Assembly: GCA_963704745.1 (NCBI GenBank)
Contig: OY969936.1
Location: 2,047,527 to 2,111,526, forward strand
Source: an uncultured Alphaproteobacteria bacterium
GTDB taxonomy: Bacteria; Pseudomonadota; Alphaproteobacteria; Rhizobiales; Beijerinckiaceae
DNA length: 64,000 bases
Reading direction: 5' to 3'
Each line of letters begins with the position of its first letter. Within the stretch, counting starts at the first letter, position 1. A model generated the notes under the pieces. The model did no database searches and was not told where the DNA came from. It saw only the letters and a program-made list of their open reading frames with translations. The position numbers were made by a program, and so were the translations under genes. This document shows, piece after piece, positions 59,626-64,000 of the stretch.

Positions 59626-59652
59626 GAAAGCGACACGCGGCTAATTGGCCAC

Positions 59653-61170
59653 CTACCCCGCCGTCACCACCGCCGCCTCGCGGCCGATCAACCGGCCGAG
59701 CTGCTTCAGCCGATTGGTCAGCCGGTCGCTCGCAAGATCCGCGAGATCTTTGGGCAAGGTCAAAACCAGCCGGTTCCTGACGCAGACCATCGGGGTGCGC
59801 GGCAGGACATCAGCCATCGCCGCCGAGACCAGATAGGCGACCCGCAGAGTGCCACCCAGAACCCGCGCCCGATCGAGCAGACGCGACGAGACGAGCGCCC
59901 GCATTCCCGGATTGACGTCCTGTTCGAGCCCGAGATAGCGATAAGAGGCGGCGAGTGCGAGAAAAGACCGGCCGCCGTGATCAATGCCCATGAACGAGGC
60001 ATTCGCCACAATATTGAGGCTATGCTCGCTGCGGTAATCGGGATGCGCGCGCCAATTTGCGTCGGCGAGCAGGCAGGCGACATGGCGCAGCCGCCGCTCT
60101 TCGGCGCTCTCCTCGAAATGCGTCGACTTCATGAATTGGTCGGTCCAACCGCAAAGGTCTTCGGCATGATTGGGCGAACGCGCATTGAGCAGATTGATTT
60201 CGCGGGCGGCGACCAGCAGGGGATCCTGCCGCCGCTCCGCCCGGTCGAGCTTTTCATAGAGCAGGCCCTCGCGCACGCCAGTGGCTGAAATGGTAATCTC
60301 CTTCGGCTGCGCCCGGCGCAAGATCTCGTCGAGCACGATCGCGCCATAGGCGAGCAGCGGCCGCCGCGCCGGAGCGATCGCCTCGACCGCAATCAAGGTG
60401 TCGGCGTTCACCCTTTCGACGAGACCGGCGAAATCCGCCGCATCCCGCGCCGGAATCGTATAGCCATGGATGACGCTCATGAAATAATTGCGCTGGCGCA
60501 TATGCAGCCGGGCCAGCGCCCGCCAAGTGCCGCCTACCGCGTAGAGCGTGCGGCCGCGCAGATTGTCGAGGATCTTCACCTTGGCCAGAGCCTCGCGCGC
60601 GATCTTGACCGCGGCTTTCGGCGAGCCCTCCGACGCATCCATCAGCGACAAGCCGCCGAGCGGCAGGGTGATGCCCTTGCCGACGTGTGTGCCCTTGACG
60701 TCGATCAGCTCGATGGAACCGCCGCCGAGATCGGCGACGGCGCCATCCGGATCACGGAAGCCGGAGATGACGCCGAGCGCCGAAAGCTCGGCCTCCCTTC
60801 GGCCTGACAATAGAGTGACCGGTGCGCCAATCGCTTCGCACGCCGCGGCGACGAACTCCGGCCCGTTGGCCGCATCGCGGGCCGCCGCGGTCGCGATGAC
60901 ATGCAGATCCTCGACATCCATGATGGCGATCAGCGTTTTGAAGCGCCGCAACGCCGCGAGCGCCCGTTCGACGCCGGAGCTCGACAAACGGCCCGTCGTC
61001 GCCACCCCATGGCCGATGGCGCAGAGCGACTTTTCGTTGAAGATGGGCGTCGGCGCCCGCCCGAGACCATCATAGATGACGAGCCGAACCGAATTCGAGC
61101 CTATGTCGACGATGCCGACCGGTCGTTTGGCTTCGATATTGGCGACTAAGTTCGAAAACAATTCGAGCAT
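59653..61170 (-). CDS. ppx: Exopolyphosphatase Ppx/GppA (in frame with ppk as sequenced)
   Basis: Own ATG at 61170; [51 protein letters not shown]-like C-terminal region. Confidence 0.93.
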   Translation of the reverse strand: MLELFSNLVANIEAKRPVGIVDIGSNSVRLVIYDGLGRAPTPIFNEKSLCAIGHGVATTGRLSSSGVERALAALRRFKTLIAIMDVEDLHVIATAAARDAANGPEFVAAACEAIGAPVTLLSGRREAELSALGVISGFRDPDGAVADLGGGSIELIDVKGTHVGKGITLPLGGLSLMDASEGSPKAAVKIAREALAKVKILDNLRGRTLYAVGGTWRALARLHMRQRNYFMSVIHGYTIPARDAADFAGLVERVNADTLIAVEAIAPARRPLLAYGAIVLDEILRRAQPKEITISATGVREGLLYEKLDRAERRQDPLLVAAREINLLNARSPNHAEDLCGWTDQFMKSTHFEESAEERRLRHVACLLADANWRAHPDYRSEHSLNIVANASFMGIDHGGRSFLALAASYRYLGLEQDVNPGMRALVSSRLLDRARVLGGTLRVAYLVSAAMADVLPRTPMVCVRNRLVLTLPKDLADLASDRLTNRLKQLGRLIGREAAVVTAG

Positions 61171-61178
61171 GAGACGTT

Positions 61179-63513
61179 TCAGCGACCTTCCAGACGCTTG
61201 AGCAAAGTCTTGGGGCTCGAACTCGCGCCCCGATTTGCCGCGGCCGGACAGACTTGGATTGGTCATGAAATAGCTGTGCGCGTTGAACGGCTCTTCACCC
61301 GGCGCAGATATGCGCGCACTGGACCCGTCGGGCAAGAGCCGATAGCTCTGCTGATTGTCGATGAGGTTGGCGACCATGATCTGATCGAGCACTTGATCAT
61401 GCACGGTCGGATTGGTGATCGGCAGCAGCGCTTCGACGCGCCGATCGAGATTGCGCGGCATCAGATCGGCTGAGGAAATATAGACATGCGCGAGTTGGTG
61501 CGGCAGGCCATGGCCGCCGCCGAACGCATAGACGCGTGCATGCTCGAGAAAGCGGCCGATGATCGATTTGACCCGGATGTTTTCGGAAAGGCCGGCGACT
61601 CCCGGCCGCAGGCAGCAGATGCCGCGGACGACGAGATCGATCGGAACGCCGGCCTGGCTCGCGGCATAAAGCGCATCGATGATCTCCGGATCGACGAGCG
61701 CATTGCATTTGCCCCAGATCGCGGCGGGCTTGCCGGCGCGGGCGAAATCGGCCTCCTGCGCGATATGATCGAGCAGCTTGCTCTTCAAATTGATCGGCGA
61801 GATCGCCATGCGCTCGAGCCCCGCCGGCTCGGCATAGCCGGTGATGTAATTGAAGATCCGCAATATGTCGCCGCCGATGACCGGATCGGCGGTGAACAGA
61901 GAGATGTCGGTATAGATCTTCGCCGTCACCGGATGATAATTGCCGGTGCCGACATGGCAATAGGTGCCGAGCGATCCGCCCTCGCGGCGCACGACGATCG
62001 ACAGCTTGGCATGCGTCTTCAGCGCGATGAAGCCGAACACGACTTGCGCGCCGGCGCGTTCGAGATCGCGCGCCCAGCGGATGTTGGCCTCTTCATCGAA
62101 GCGCGCTTTCAGCTCGACGAGCGCGGTCACCGATTTGCCGGCTTCCGCCGCCTCGATCAGAGCGCGCACGATCGGACTGTCGGAAGACGTGCGATAAAGC
62201 GTCTGCTTGATCGCGACGACATTCGGGTCGCGCGCCGCCTGATTGAGAAATTGCACCACCACATCGAAGGATTCGTAAGGATGGTGGACTACCAGATCCT
62301 TCTGCTTGATCGCGAGAAAGCAATCGCCGCCGTTTTCGCGCACACGCTCCGGAAAGCGCGGATTATAGGGGCGAAACTTGAGGTCGGGGCGATCAACCCC
62401 GACCAGCTCCGAAAGTTCGTTCAAAGCGAGCATGCCGTCGAGCACGAAAATCTCGTCGGCAACGACATCGAGCTCCTCGGCCACGAAGCCGCGCAATTCC
62501 TCCGGCATCAGGCTGTCGACCTCGAGGCGGATGACCAAGCCGCGGCGGCGCCGCTTCAAGGCGCTCTCGAACAGCAGCACGAGATCCTCCGCCTCTTCCT
62601 CGACTTCGAGATCGCTGTCGCGAATGACCCGAAACACGCCGGAGCCGCGCATCATGTAGCCGGGAAACAAAGATTGGGTGAACATGCCGACGAGCGATTC
62701 GAGCGCGATGCAGCGCAATTCGCCCTGCCCGTCCGGCAGTTTGACGAAGCGCTCGATCTTCGCCGGTAGGCGGATCAGCGCCTTCATATAATTGCTGTCG
62801 CCCGGCCGCACCAATTCGAGCGCGATGGTGAAGCCGAGATTGGGAATGAAGGGGAAGGGATGCGCCGGATCGACGGCGAGCGGCGTCAGCACCGGGAAGA
62901 CATGCAAAAGGAAATAATGCTCGAGCCAGGCGAACTCGGCCTTGCTGAGATCCTGCGGATCGACGAGGACGATGCCGGCCGTCTTCAATTCGCCGCGCAA
63001 TTCCCGCCAGCGGCGCTGCTGCTCGGCGGCGAGCAGACCCACACGTTCCCGGATCTTCGCCAGTTGCTCGGCCGGCGTCAGCCCGTCCTCCGAAGGCGTG
63101 TCGACTCCGGCGCGGACCTGGCCGCGCAGGCCGGCGACGCGGACCATGAAGAATTCGTCGAGATTGTTCGCCGAAATCGACAGAAAGCGCAATTGCTCGA
63201 GCAAAGGATGAGCGCGGTTCGACGCTTCCTGCAAGACGCGGCGATTGAATTCGAGCCAGGACAATTCGCGGTTGATGAAGCGCTGCGGCGAGCGCGCAAG
63301 CTCCGCCGGGCGGCCGGCAATCTCGCCAATATCATCCATGACCGGAATCGAAGCCGCCGGCGACACCGCACTTGCATGCGCGGCCTCATCTGCCGCGACT
63401 CGTTCGACATTCTCTATCGGCTTGTGCCCTTCCGCATTGACCTGCACAGCGTCCTCCTTGCTACCGTCCCGCCGAGGTTGCCGATTTATTTTGACGTTAG
63501 CATGATCTGACAT
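61179..63513 (-). CDS. ppk1: Polyphosphate kinase 1 (reads through into ppx as sequenced)
   Basis: [73 protein letters not shown]; expected TGA at 61179-61181 is out of frame by one base at C4 61228-61231. Confidence 0.93.
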
Positions 63514-63750
63514 TGGCTTCATCTGATAGGGGTTCCAGCGAAATTTCACGCCTGCTCCCGGCGGGCTGCGGAAGAATGACCCATATTTCGATTAAGGGTC
63601 TGGTGCAAATGCAAGGCACAAGTCCGATTTCCAGCCGCCGGTCGCTGCCGGAAATCGTACGAGATCCTCGCAGAGCGCTATCCGAAGGGCGCGACTCAAC
63701 GCGACGAATATTTGCGGAAGAAGCACGATCTCGGCGGTTGACGGCATCCA

Positions 63751-64000
63751 TCATTCTCGCGCCGTCGGCGCGATGAGGGCCGCCGGCAGGCTGCGGTCGA
63801 TCACGTCGCGCAAGGCAAAACCCGACTGGATGCGCGCGACATGCGGCAGCCGCGCCAATTGGGTTTTATGGATATGTTCGAAATCCGCGATGTCGCGGCA
63901 GAGCACGAGAAGCTCATAATCGTCATAGCCCGACATGAAATAGCACCGAACGACGGAGGCGCATCGGGCCACCGCCCTTTCGAAAGCTTCGAAGGCCTCT
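63751..64000 (-). CDS. Lrp/AsnC-family transcriptional regulator (5' end outside the window)
   Basis: EAFERAVARCASVVRCYFMSGYDDYELLVLCRDIADFEHIH...LPHVARIQSGFALRDV. Confidence 0.88.
   Translation of the reverse strand, partial: EAFEAFERAVARCASVVRCYFMSGYDDYELLVLCRDIADFEHIHKTQLARLPHVARIQSGFALRDVIDRSLPAALIAPTARE

Overview
Alphaproteobacterial (Hyphomicrobiales, probably Beijerinckiaceae/methylotroph-like) chromosomal window in three parts. (1) 1-19963, core backbone: ftsB-pdhA-pdhB-pdhC-lpdA-lipA-ratA on the minus strand; an orphan 25-aa pqqA peptide gene (absent from the ORF track) divergent from a two-component system; a group III truncated haemoglobin; tRNA-Tyr, rlmB, an MFS transporter and tRNA-Thr. 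(2) ~19964-50250, a visibly more AT-rich, partly decayed surface-polysaccharide island starting at the tRNA-Thr 3' end: Wzy/ligase, Wzm/Wzt, Wzc, GT2/GT4/WecB glycosyltransferases, four methyltransferase domains, a deacetylase, sqdB and a eukaryote-type UDP-galactopyranose mutase, plus many pseudogene fragments and an IS66 scar. A mosaic of scars follows (hsdR fragment, duplicated junction). (3) ~51600-64000, core backbone: aspS, IalB-family protein, rnd, parDE, ppk-ppx, Lrp. Best leads: a DUF559 endonuclease gene bracketed by 37-bp REP-like inverted repeats inside the PDH operon; a TAGAGCAT...ATGCTCTA MITE-like family (8 copies, none in the island), one copy interrupting an MFS remnant and carrying a nested hairpin pair, two copies bracketing parDE; sqdB and eukaryote-type UGM in a glycan cluster; and a ppk-ppx fused ORF that depends on one extra C and may be an assembly error. 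All family calls are from motif recognition by eye; no searches were run.
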